Assembly: GCA_052327205.1 (NCBI GenBank)
Contig: CM126232.1
Location: 13,206,001 to 13,270,000 of the forward strand
Length of the DNA stretch: 64,000 bases
DNA from: Somniosus microcephalus
Taxonomy: Eukaryota
Direction: 5' to 3'
In this document: positions 1 to 10,632 of the stretch, in pieces
How positions within the stretch are numbered: the stretch's first letter is position 1
Layout: each line of letters opens with the position of its first letter
The notes under the pieces: generated by a model
Told to the model about the DNA's origin: nothing
Database searches by the model: none
The model's input: the letters and a program-made list of their open reading frames with translations, nothing else
Translations under genes and position numbers: made by a program

Positions 1-1475
1 GAAATTGAGTTCGCGAGTTTGATACAGAAATACTATTTGAAACAATTCTAAAAATATATAGATTTATTTAAGAGCCGACACAGTTAACAGCTGATGAGTC
101 AATCGTGACTTTAACAGTTCAAAATACAAATAGTTTACATTTCTTATTCTCCGCGATCCTTATTCTCAAATCTTAACTTCGTACATTTTTACTTTTCTAT
201 TATTCTTAATCCAGAATATCCACCAAAATCAAATAAGAGTACCTTTTTGATCCCCGAGACTCAAAGAATTAAAAACTTACAGCGCGTGCCTCTGAAGTTG
301 AGAATCGCTTGCCCTTTCCAGCGACTTCTGACTTTCCTTCTGAAAAGCTCTTTTTACAGGAAACTTTGGTTTATCCGGAGGTTAACTGTCCGCAATGCTC
401 GATCCACCGGCAAAATTCAGGAGTCGGTTCAATAAGTTTTTTTTTCTTTTCGTTGCTTTTTTTCCCCACCAGTCAGGCTCTGCAAGGTCTAGCTAAAGCT
501 GTTGCTTAGCTACAGAGATGCTTGCAAGCTACGGCCGACTGTTCAGAAGCTGGGTTTGTTGCTAGATACAGAGCTCTCCGTATGTTTTAACATTACTGCT
601 GGTTTGTCTGGCAGTTTTGATGGGACGGCAACCGCTCGGTCCCGTCGGTGCCGGATATCACAAAGTTTCCTGTATACCTTTTTTTAGTGGTTTATTCTTT
701 GAAGTTTTCTGCTGATGTAAGCTAATTATCTCTAGTCATCTTCTGTTGAATTCTTTTCTATTCTTAATGTCAATTTAGCTGTTGACTCTCAGAATCCTGT
801 CTGCTGTATAGGTGTTTCAAAACTTAACATAAAAAACAATATGACAGTAGTATTTATTTGATGCCATTCTCATCGAAGGTCTTCCATTCCATTCTAAAAT
901 CACTTCGCTGTTTGGAAGCAGACGTCGTGACTCCTATGTGTTCCAAGTTCAACACAAACACAGTGATTGCTTGGTGTCATCTATTGAAGTCACATTTTCA
1001 AAATCTTCTGTAGGTACTTTTTACAATATGTAAATCAAAACCACTTCAACCAGGGCGTTTCATGCATTTCTTAGCTACTTCAATTTGTTGCATCTATAAT
1101 CGTGTTTCCTGTTTCTTATTTGATGTTACTTTTACAAAGGCACATGGTTTTTTAATATTCTGTGTTCCTGTTCAAAGTGTTAGTTTTTAACTCTTTACTT
1201 GGGCATAGCTATTGTGTTGGTTCCAATGCTCAGACATAGAGGAACCTCCAGCCTGCTGTTTCAATAGGGCCATTGTCAATTGCCATTTCAAAAGCTTGTG
1301 TGGTGTTTACAACTTCTGTGTTAACACTTCATCTTATCTCAAAAGCCTGTGTTCTGTTTGCAGCCTGTGTCGTTGAGGCTTTTAGATTTTTAAACCCGGT
1401 ATGTCATGTATTAATAATATCAGAACTCTGTTCATAGGATGGTGTATCCCTTGGAATATGGCTATTTTCTTTACA
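1..1475 (-). mobile_element. Putative LTR/ERV-like sequence, left end outside the window
   Basis: AT-rich non-coding block. Its right edge reads TGTAAAG on the - strand (LTR-type TG start) and abuts an L2 tail. No ORF or second LTR seen. Confidence 0.25.
357..672. mobile_element. Tc1/mariner (Tigger/pogo-like) MITE
   Basis: TIRs CAGGAAACTTTG...CAAAGTTTCCTG, TA duplication at 355-356 and 673-674. A related copy lies at 17104-17427. Confidence 0.85.
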
Positions 1476-1479
1476 GTCC

Positions 1480-1566
1480 AACGCCGCCTTTGTCTGATAA
1501 CGCTCCTGTGAAGCGCCTTGGGATGTTTTACTATGTTAAAGGCGCTATATAAATGCAAGATGTTGC
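1480..1566 (+). mobile_element. L2 LINE 3' tail fragment
   Basis: gtgaagcgccttgggatgttttactatgttaaaggcgctatataaatgcaag, the same tail as the L2 copy at 9720-9780. Confidence 0.7.
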
Positions 1567-1992
1567 TGGCGGAAATCCGAGTCTAAGGGGAGCGTGGTGT
1601 ATCGCCCCATTATTCTCTTGCTAGGGTTCAGTCCCACCAGCACTCTCACTCTCGGATGGGCTGTTTCCGTTGGAACAGAGGAGCTCACACGGAGATTTGA
1701 CAGCGAAGGTTAACATTTATGAAGGGATGGGACAGGATGGATAGAAACATACTGTTTCCAGTAGTTCATTAGTCGCGAGCAGGGTGACCGGGATATAAAT
1801 TTACATGTGAGATTTACGGCAGAGCAGAAGGAACTTTGTTTTTAACGTTGTGGGTTGAGAGGCAGTGGAATTCACAACTGGAGTTAGCGTTCTAAACAGA
1901 GACCATGTCAACCTTTAGGAACAGGTTAGAGAGGTGGTTGAAGGAAGAAAGGGGGATAAAGGGACATGGGATTAGGATACTGCTCGTGTCAA

Positions 1993-3180
1993 CCGTGGCT
2001 CAGGTGGGCAGCACTCTCGCCTCGGAGTCAGCAGGTTGTGGGTTCAAGTCCCACTGGAGCACGATCTAGGTTGACACTCCCGGTTCAATACTGAGGGAGC
2101 GCTGCAGTGTTTCAGATGAGACGTTAAACAGAGGCCCCGTCTGCCCTCTCAGGTTTGACTTAAAAGATTCCACGGCACTACTCGAAGAAGAGCAGGGAAG
2201 TTCTCCTGGGTCTCCTGGCCAATAATTATCCCTCAACCAACATCACTAAAACCGATTAGCTGATCATTTATCTCATTGTTGTTTGTGGGAGCTTGCTGTG
2301 CGCAAATTGGCTGCCGCGTTTCCTACATTACAACAGTGGCAGGTAAGATTCGCACCACACAAGTGCCAGGCAATGACTATCTCCAACAAGCGAGACTCTA
2401 ACCACCTCCCCATGATATTCAATGGCATTACCATCGCTGAATCCCTCACCATCAACATCCTGGGGGTCCCCATTGACCAGAAACTTAATGGGACCAGCCA
2501 CATAAATACTGTGGCAACAAGAGCAGGCCAGAGGCTGGTATTCTGCGTCGAGTGTCTCACCTCCTGATTCCCCAAAGCCTTACCACAAGGCACAAGTAAG
2601 GAGTGTGATGGAATACTCGCCACTTGCCTGGATGAGTGCAGCTCCAACAACACTCAAGAAGCTCAACACCATCCAGGACAAAGCAGCCCGTGTGATTGGC
2701 ACCCTATCCGCCACCTTAAACATTCACTCCCTCCACCACCGGCGCACCGTGGCTGCAGTGAGTACCATCTACAAGATGCACTGCAGCAACTCGCCAAGGC
2801 TTCTTCGGCAGCACCTCCCAAACCCGCAACCTCTTCCACCTAGAAGGTCAAGGGCAGCAGGCGCATGGGAACACCACCACCTCCAAGTTCCCCTCCAAGT
2901 CGCACACCATCCTGACTTGGAAGTACATCGTTGCTGGGTCAAAATCCTGGAACTCCCTCCCTAACAGCACTGTGGGAGTACCTTCACCGCATGGACTGCA
3001 GCGGTTCAAGAAGGTGGCTCACCACCACCTTCTCAAGGGCAATTAGGGATGGGCAATAAATGCTGGCCTTGCTAGCGATGCCCACATCCCATAAGCGAAT
3101 AAAAAAAAAAAAAAAAAGTCACTACACTTCAAGTACCTCATTGGCTGTAAAGTGCTTTGTGACGTGCAAGGTGCTATATT
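1993..3180 (+). mobile_element. tRNA-derived DeuSINE (SacSINE1-like), split by a LINE insertion
   Basis: A/B-box-like head (gtggctcaggtgg...ggttcaagtccc) and Deu-type core. Body is interrupted at ~2337 and resumes at 3121 (actacacttcaagtac). Confidence 0.8.
2338..3118 (+). mobile_element. 5'-truncated non-LTR retrotransposon (ORF2 C-terminal part, 3' UTR, polyA)
   Basis: WQVRFAPHKCQAMTIS...MEYSPLAWMSAAPTTLKKL...HSLHHRR is LINE ORF2-like. AATAAA and an A-tail at ~3098-3117. A second 3' fragment lies at ~49670-49900. Confidence 0.8.
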
Positions 3181-3839
3181 ATTGTATTTGCGTGGAAGAT
3201 GAACGCCAACACTGACTGGCTGGGCCGAATGGCCTGTTGTAATTTCCAGAAATCCTAAATCTCGAGCGGGCAATAGTTGGAGTTAGAAATGTTAGCCTGT
3301 TTATGTATCAGTGCAGATTTTGCAACTTGTGTTTTTGCAAGTTGTCGAAGAATGCGATTTCCTTGACTTGCAGTGTTGCACTCCCTGCTGCTTGCTAGCC
3401 AAACCCCTTCGACAAGCAGCTATTGGCACAGTGCGACTGGGAGGGCGTTGGTGCGCTCAGTGTCCTGAGGGGGTGTGTATTGGCATGTTTTGTTGTGAGT
3501 ACGTTTGCTGCCTCCCGTGCTCTCTCTCAGGGCATCCGTCTCCGGCAGTGATCGCAGTGTAAATATGCCCGTCCCCCGCCCCACTCTAAAGAGTAGCTGA
3601 TTGGCCTTTAAACACGTTGACCTGGAGTTGCGTTTCTCAAACCCGCTCTCGCCTGGGTACGCCCACGAACACGCACGCTCTCTGTGAGAGGGCGCGCTTC
3701 CAAAGTGAGGCCTACTGTCCAACGGCAGCAGAAAACTGGAATTGACGGTGAAGGGGTGGGGGAGATTGGGGTTGAACTGAGATTTTCTCTCCTACTGATT
3801 CACTTTAAAAATAAACCAGTGTACAGTTTTAAGTCTTCA

Positions 3840-3985
3840 TGCCATAAGAGTACAAAAGCAAGGCAGTTCGGCTAAACCTTTATAAATCACTGGTTAGGCC
3901 TCAGCTGGTATATTGTGTCCAATTCTGGGCACCGCACTTTAGGAAGGATGTCAATGCCTTGGAGAGGGTGCAGAGGCGATTTCCT
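3840..3985 (+). mobile_element. CR1 LINE ORF2 fragment
   Basis: Encodes LYKSLVRPQLVYCVQFWAPHFRKDV, a typical CR1 ORF2 motif. Confidence 0.75.
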
Positions 3986-4496
3986 GGGTCCCAACAACTG
4001 GTGGGCATCATGTGGCCTCTGGCTGAGGCTGGCAAGCGGAGAACCACCAGTTGGGTGGGTGGCGCGGCCTGTGGTCGAGCAGAACCGCCAGCATCGGGAG
4101 TTGGCAGCAAGCCGCGTTCAGCTGGGGGTGGGGGAAGGAAAGTGACCGCACGCTCCCGGTTAGCGCTCGTGTAGCTCAGCCCGGGAGGCGGAGGGAAGAG
4201 GTCCCCGGTTGCCGGGGCCCGGGGTTTGCGCGGCTTAACCCCAGATCCTGATGGGCCGGATTCTGCTGCTGGGTAAGGGAGGTCGACAGAGGCCCAGAGC
4301 ACCGAATGTTCAGGGCCGCTCCGAACCCCCTCCCCGGCGCAGCCTCCTCCCCCACGAAGAGGTAAGGGGAAGTGACTCTGTTTATCAGTATATGGCCTTG
4401 TCACCTCTCCAACCCCTTAGCGCACTCGCGAACGACATCCCTGCTTTTTAATTTTGGTTGCCTTGATTGGGGGGGGTGGGGGTTGATTTTAGGAAA

Positions 4497-4680
4497 AAGA
4501 CTTGCATTTATATAGCACCTTTCACAACCTTTGGGATGCCCTAAAGTGCTTTACAGCCAATGAAGTACTTTTGAAGTGTGGTCACTGTTGCAATGTTGGA
4601 AATACAGCCGCCAATTTGCACACAGCAAGCTCCCACAAACAGCAATGTGAAAATGAGCATCTAATCTGTTTTTAATGATG
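4497..4680 (-). mobile_element. DeuSINE 3' half, host of a Penelope insertion
   Basis: Reverse complement of the SINE tail. The SINE continues after 5096. Confidence 0.75.
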
Positions 4681-4778
4681 CGATAGCAAAATATTGCGGA
4701 TGTTAGAAATCCGAAAAAGCAACAGAAACCGCTGGAAAAACTCAGCAGGCCAGGCAACATCCGTGGAGAGAGAAACAG

Positions 4779-4814
4779 AGTCGACGTTTCAGGTCGAAAC
4801 CCTTCGTCAGGACT
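4779..4814 (-). ncRNA. Minimal type I hammerhead ribozyme motif
   Basis: - strand: agtc CTGACGA a gggt-ttcg-acct GAAAC GTC gact, giving core boxes, stems I/II and a GUC triplet. Confidence 0.7.
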
Positions 4815-4993
4815 GAGAACAAATGGCAGGAAATGAAACCGATTAAAAGGCAGTTTGCAGCTGTCTTTCACTCTGTCCTATTACTATCTCGTCTCACCTT
4901 GAATATCTCTTCATGTCTCTTCTTTCATCCCCTCCCCCATTTCCCAGCCCCCAAACTGCCTTTTAATCTTTTCATTTCCTGCCTTTTGTTCTC

Positions 4994-5029
4994 AGTCCTG
5001 ACGAAGGGTTTCGACCCGAAACGTCGACT
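4994..5029 (+). ncRNA. Minimal type I hammerhead ribozyme motif
   Basis: agtc CTGACGA a gggt-ttcg-accc GAAAC GTC gact. Stem I is agtc/gact, stem II has a UUCG loop, and stem III is the palindromic ACGT typical of Penelope hammerheads. Confidence 0.75.
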
Positions 5030-6447
5030 CTGTTTCTCTCTCCACGGATGTTGCCTGGCCTGCTGAGTTTTTCCAGCGTTTTCTGTTGTTATTTCTGGTT
5101 TTAATGTTTGTTGAGAGACAATTATTGGTCCCAGGACGCCGTGCTTCAATCTTTGCCCGGCGGGAGCTTCCTGGAATTCAGGCGCGGGTTAGTCGGTGCC
5201 CCCTACACCGTTGGTGCCCGTGATCTCGCCACGCCGCTCGTGAGTAACGCCTGCCCCTTGATTCGGGAAAGGCTCACCGTGAAAAGACACAAGGAAGGAT
5301 GTTGTCTGCTCGGGTTGGTTTGTCACTGGCTGAGTGTCTCCTTCACACTTGCTGGGCACTAAGTGATGCCGACAGTGCCAGTGAAGGCCCCTCGCCCTGG
5401 GCTATCTGGCTGGCTTGTGTGCTGGTGCGGTGACTCGTGCTCCAACTGTGTGTGGGCTCGTGGCCACGGGGCTGGCTCCGCCCTTTGTCTTGGAAGCACA
5501 GCGCAGGGCGGTGCCAATCGGGGGGGCCGCGCAGGCCTCACCCGGGCCTTAATGAGCAGCAGCCGTCGGAAGTCTCTCTTAAAGGGCCAGCGTCACCGTG
5601 GGCTGCTCCTGCTGACTGTTTGAAGCGTTGCTGTGTAGTGCACTCCTGGTTGTTGCTTTGAATGAGCTTGAATTCGATCGCAGGCTGGGCGACCAAATTA
5701 ATCCAGAACGAGAGCTTCCCAGTGACACGACTCCATTTGTCCAGTCACTTGTTGAGTCTCTGGAGCAGGACGATCCCACTTCGAGCCCCTATTGGTTATG
5801 GGAGCAGTGGGGCCTTGGTTGCCGCACTGAATTAAAGGAGAGGAAATCTAACCAGAGATTTGCCCCTTCTGATGGTTGTCCAGTCACACCGGCCGGACAG
5901 CGCGAGTGGCTGGACGTCGGGTGAGGACAGGATTACCCTGCCGTAGTTGAATAGCCCTCCAGGTCCCGTTGCCGAGGCTTGTGGGAATAATGGCCCCGGG
6001 CTGGAGGGCACTGATTGCATCATGCCCCAGCAGGGAGTCTTGGGGAGGGACGTTTCCCCATGTGGGGGGGGGGGGGGGGGGGCTGTGAGGGGAACTAGCG
6101 GGAGTGCACAAACATGGCAGCTGTAAGCTGTGGGTTCCTGAATCGGGATGATCCCATGTGTGAAAGGATGAGCCGTGAGGAACGAGGAGATCGCTCACTT
6201 CAGGCTCAAAACCAGGGCTTCCAGGGAGACCTCAGTGAACTCTGTACAATATTGCACAGGGCGGAAGAGGTAACGAGGGAATCAAGCCACAGAGATGTAA
6301 TCCTATGTAATTAGGAGCAGGAGAGATCAGTTTAACCGAGTGAGAAAGGGTTTTAAAGCTGGTATTCTGAGCAGCAGCGATGCTCAGAGGTAGGATAACA
6401 TCGAGTGTGGCAGTGCAGAATGGGGGTATTGTAAATACAACTGAGCG

Positions 6448-7238
6448 TGTTGGGGTACTGGGGGAATGGGTTTCTATGGGAAGGTTGGGGTACTGGAGGG
6501 ATGGGCTTCAATGGGAAGGATGGGCTTCAATGGGAGGGTTGGGGTACAGGAGGGATGGGCTTCAATGGGAGGGTTGGGGTACAGGAGGGATGGGCTTCAA
6601 TGGGAGGGTTGGGGTACTGGAGAGATGGTCTTTGATGGGAAGGTTGGGGTATAGGAGGGATGGGCTTCGATGGGAAGGTTGGGATACTGGGGGGATGGGC
6701 TTCGATGGGAAGGTTGGGGTACTGGAGGGATGGTCTTCAATGGGAAGGTTGGGGTACTGGAGGGATGGTCTTCAATGGGAGGGTTGGGGTACAGGAGGGA
6801 TGGGCTTCAATGGGAGGGTTGGGGTACTGGGGGGATGGGCTTCGATGGGAAGGTTGGGGTACTGGAGGGATGGTCTTCAATGGGAGGGTTGGGGTACTGG
6901 GGGGATGGTCTTCAATGGGAAGGTTGGGGTACTGGAGGGATGGTCTTCAATGGGAGGGTTGGGGTACTGGGGGGATGGGCTTCGATGGGAGGGTTGGGGT
7001 ACTGGAGAGATGGTCTTTGATGGGAAGGTTGGGGTATAGGAGGGATGGGCTTCGATGGGAAGGTTGGGATACTGGGGGGATGGGCTTCGATGGGAAGGTT
7101 GGGGTACTGGAGGGATGGTCTTCAATGGGAAGGTTGGGGTACTGGAGGGATGGTCTTCAATGGGAGGGTTGGGGTACTGGGGGGATGGGCTTCGATGGGA
7201 AGGTTGGGGTACTGGAGGGATGGTCTTGGGGTACTAGG
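6448..7238. repeat. 35-bp G-rich minisatellite (~22 units)
   Basis: Unit tgggaaggttggggtactggagggatggtcttcaa. It explains the 35-aa periodic ORFs. Confidence 0.95.
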
Positions 7239-7529
7239 GAGAGGGGATTTGATGCGATTTGTGACCTTTACTTGTCCTTGACCTCGAGTGATTGCGTGTT
7301 TGTTATATCCTTGTGTATATAAAATACATATAAACACTTTTACAACTCCATTGACCTGTTTGCGGACTCATTAAGATGTCAGTGTCTCGGGTGTGAGCCT
7401 GTACGGTGAGTTTATTGCCAGTGTTCTGGTAACTGAAGCTCCCCGTGCCCCTGGGCGCAATCTCCTGCAGCTGCCTCTTGCTCATGTGACTGAAGTGTTT
7501 ATTGATGCTCTTGAAATCTTTGTTTCTGC

Positions 7530-9780
7530 ACTTATGAAATCCCAACTGTCCAGCCTTTGGCCCTCCATTCACCATGACATTTCTGCAGCTGCCGATCTGC
7601 TCAGCACCCTCACCTCTATCTTTGATGCCCTAGCCCCCATTAAAACCATTACCCTCTCTCACCCTGGCCGTTCCCCTGGTACGGCCCTCGTCTCCGCTCC
7701 CTTGGATCCAAGGGACGCAGACTTTAACAAATATGGCGGACAACTGGTTTAGCCATTCACTGCCACATATGGCTGGGCAGGTACTGCATCCCTCTCCTCA
7801 AAAAAACAACCCTTAATCCCTCCGCCTTTGCAATCTACCGCCCCATCTCCAACCTCCCTTTCCCCTCAAATCCCTGAACGTGTTGTCGCCTCCCAAATCC
7901 GTGCCCATCTTTCCTGGAACTTCATGTTTGAATCCCTCCAGGTTTTCGTCCCTGCCACAGTACCAACATGGCTCTTGGCAAAGTCACAAATGACATCCTA
8001 TGTGACTGTGATAAAGGTAAACTATCCCTCCTCGTCCTTCTTGACTTGTCTGCAGCCTTTGACACGGTTGACCACTCCATCCTCCTCCAACGCCTCTCCA
8101 CCATCGTCCAGCTGGGTGGGACTGCACGCGCCTGGTTCCATTCTTATCTATCTAATCCTAGCCAGAGAATCACCTGCGATGGTTTCTTTTCCTGCTCCTG
8201 CACCGTTACCTCTGTTATCCCACCAAGGGTCTATCCGTGGCCCCTCCTATTTCTCATTTACTTGCTGACATACAGACATCTGAAAACACAGCGTCAGTTT
8301 CCACATGTACGCTGACAACACCCAGCTCTCTCGACCCCTCCACGGTCTCTAAATTGTCAGACTACATCCAGTTCTGGATGAGCAGAAATTTCCTCCAACT
8401 AAATATTGGGAAGACCGAAGCCTTTTGTCTTCAGTCCCCACCACAAACTCCGTTCCCTCGTCACTGACTCCATCCCTCTCTCTAACATCTGTCTGAGGCT
8501 GAACCAGACTGTTTGCAACCTTGGTGTCATATTTGACCCGGAAATGAGCTTCCGACCACACATCCGCAGCATAACAAAGACCGCCTACTTCCACCTCCGT
8601 AACATCGCCCGTCTCCGCCCCCTGCCTCAGCTCATCCACTGCTGAAACTCTCATCCATGCCTTTGTTATCTCTAGACTTGACTATTCCAACGCACTCCTG
8701 GCTGGCCTCCCACATTCTACCCTACATAAACTTGAGATCATCCTGCCCATATCCTAACACGTGCCAAGTCCTGTTCACCCATCACCCCTGTGCTCGCTGA
8801 CCTACATCGGCTCCCAGTTAAGCAATGCCTTGCTTTTAAAATTCTCATCCTTGTTTTCAAATCCCTCCATGGCCTCGCCCCTCCCTATCTCTGTAATCTC
8901 CTCCAGCCCACAACCCTCAGGAGATGTCTGGCCTCTTTTGCATCCCTGATTTTAATTGCTCCACCAGAAGGCCATAAAAAAGCAAACAGGCGCCAGGGTT
9001 TATTTCTAGAGGAATAGAATTGAAAAGTAGTGAAGATATGCTAAACTTGTATCGAACCTTGGTTAGACCACACTTGGAGTACTGTGTACAGTTCTGGTCA
9101 CTATTATTAAAAAAAGATAGAGGCACTGGAGAGGGTGCAAAAAAGATTTACAAGGACGATACCAGAAATGGGAAGTTATACCCATCAGGAAAGGATGAAC
9201 AGGCTGGGTCTAGGGTGACCTAATAGAGGTCGTTAAAATCATGAACGGTTTTGATAGAGTAGACACAGAGTGTTTCCACTTGTGGGGAAGAGCAAAACTA
9301 GAGGCCATCAATGCAAGATAGTCACCAAGAAATCAAATAGGGAATTCAGAAGAAACTTCTTTACCCAGAGAGTGGTGAGAATGTGGAACTCGCTACCACA
9401 GGGAGTGGTTGAAGTGAATAGTGTAGATGCATTTAAGGGGCGGCTAGATGAGTATGCTGATGGTTAGATGAGTGGACCATAAACGCTGGCATGGACCGGT
9501 TGGACCGAATGGCCTGTTTCTGTGCCGTATATCCTATGTAACCATTGGCGGCCGTGCTTTCAACTGCCTTGGCCCTAAGCTCTAGAATTCCCTCCCTAAA
9601 CACCCCCCCCCCACCTCTTTCCTCCTTTAAGACGCTCCTTAAAACCAACCCCTTTGACCAAGCTTTTGTTCATCTGCCCTAATATCTCCTTATGTGGCTC
9701 AGTGTCAAATTTTGTTTTGTGTGTGAAGCGCCTTGGGACATTTTACTACGTTAAAGGCGCTATATAAATACAAGTTGTTT
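7530..9780 (+). mobile_element. Degraded L2 LINE (RT region to 3' tail), interrupted by CR1
   Basis: KVTNDILCDCDKGKLSLLVLLDLSAAFDTVDHSILLQRL and LADLHRLPVKQ, frameshifted. The tail resumes at 9541 after the CR1 insert. Confidence 0.9.
8966..9540 (+). mobile_element. CR1 LINE 3' fragment nested in L2
   Basis: MLNLYRTLVRPHLEYCVQFWS and RRNFFTQRVVRMWNSLPQ, followed by the CR1 3' hairpin/tail. Confidence 0.9.
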
Positions 9781-9816
9781 TTTGTTTTAATGTCTGATCG
9801 ACCAAGTTTGGATGCG

Positions 9817-10610
9817 CCTGGGCCTGTGGTACAGGCTGTCTCTCACTCTCTCCGCTCGGACCGAGTCTGGCAGGGCCTGGGCCTGTGGTACAGGCTGACT
9901 CTCACTCTCGCCCCTCGGACCGAGTCTGGCAGGGCCTGGGCCACAGGCTGACTCTCACTCTCACCCCTCGGACCGAGTCTGGCAGGGCCTGGGCCTGTGG
10001 TACAAGCTGACTCTCACTCTCACCGCTCGGACCGAGTCTGGCAGGGCCTGGGCCTGTGGTACAGGCTGACTCTCACTCTCGCCCCTCGGACCGAGTCTGG
10101 CAGGGCCTGGGCCTGGGCCACAGGCTGACTCTCACTCTCACCCCTCGGACCGAGTCTGGCAGGGCCTGGGCCTGTGGTACAGGCTGACTCTCACTCTCAC
10201 CCCTCGGACCAAGTCTGGCAGGGCCTGGGCCTGTGGTACAGGCTGACTCTCACTCTCACCCCTCGGACCAAGTCTGGCAGGGCCTGGGCCTGTGGTACAG
10301 GCTGACTCTCACTCTCCCCCCTCGGACCGAGTCTGGCAGGGCCTGGGCCTGTGGTACAGGCTGACTCTCACTCTCGCCCCTCGGACCGAGTCTGGCAGGG
10401 CCTGGGCCTGTGGTACAGGTTGTCTCTCTCCCCTCGGACCGAGTCTGGCAGGGCCTGGGCCACAGGCTGACTCTCACTCTCACCCCTCGGACTGAGTCTG
10501 GCAGGGCCTGGGCCTATGGTACAGGCTGACTCTCACTCTCACTCCTTGGACCGAGTCTGGCAGGGCCTGGGCCTGTGGTACAGGCTGACACTCACTCTCA
10601 CCCCTCGGAC
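9817..10610. repeat. 59-bp minisatellite (~14 units)
   Basis: Unit gggcctgggcctgtggtacaggctgactctcactctcacccctcggaccgagtctggca, with length variants. Confidence 0.95.
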
Positions 10611-10632
10611 AGCGGCTTTGAACCGTGTGCCC

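Larger units (their letters stand above)
4681..5096. mobile_element. Penelope-like element remnant: two inverted pLTR fragments
   Basis: 4721-4857 is the near-perfect reverse complement of 4952-5087. Each arm carries a hammerhead motif. Imperfect TSD tgtttttaatgatg / tggttttaatgtttg. Confidence 0.8.

Noticed and set aside
6380-7322. 200+ aa repetitive ORFs in all three + frames
   Set aside because: Translation of a stop-free 35-bp minisatellite.
9817-10610. CRISPR-like regular array
   Set aside because: Head-to-tail units with no unique spacers, no cas genes, vertebrate context.
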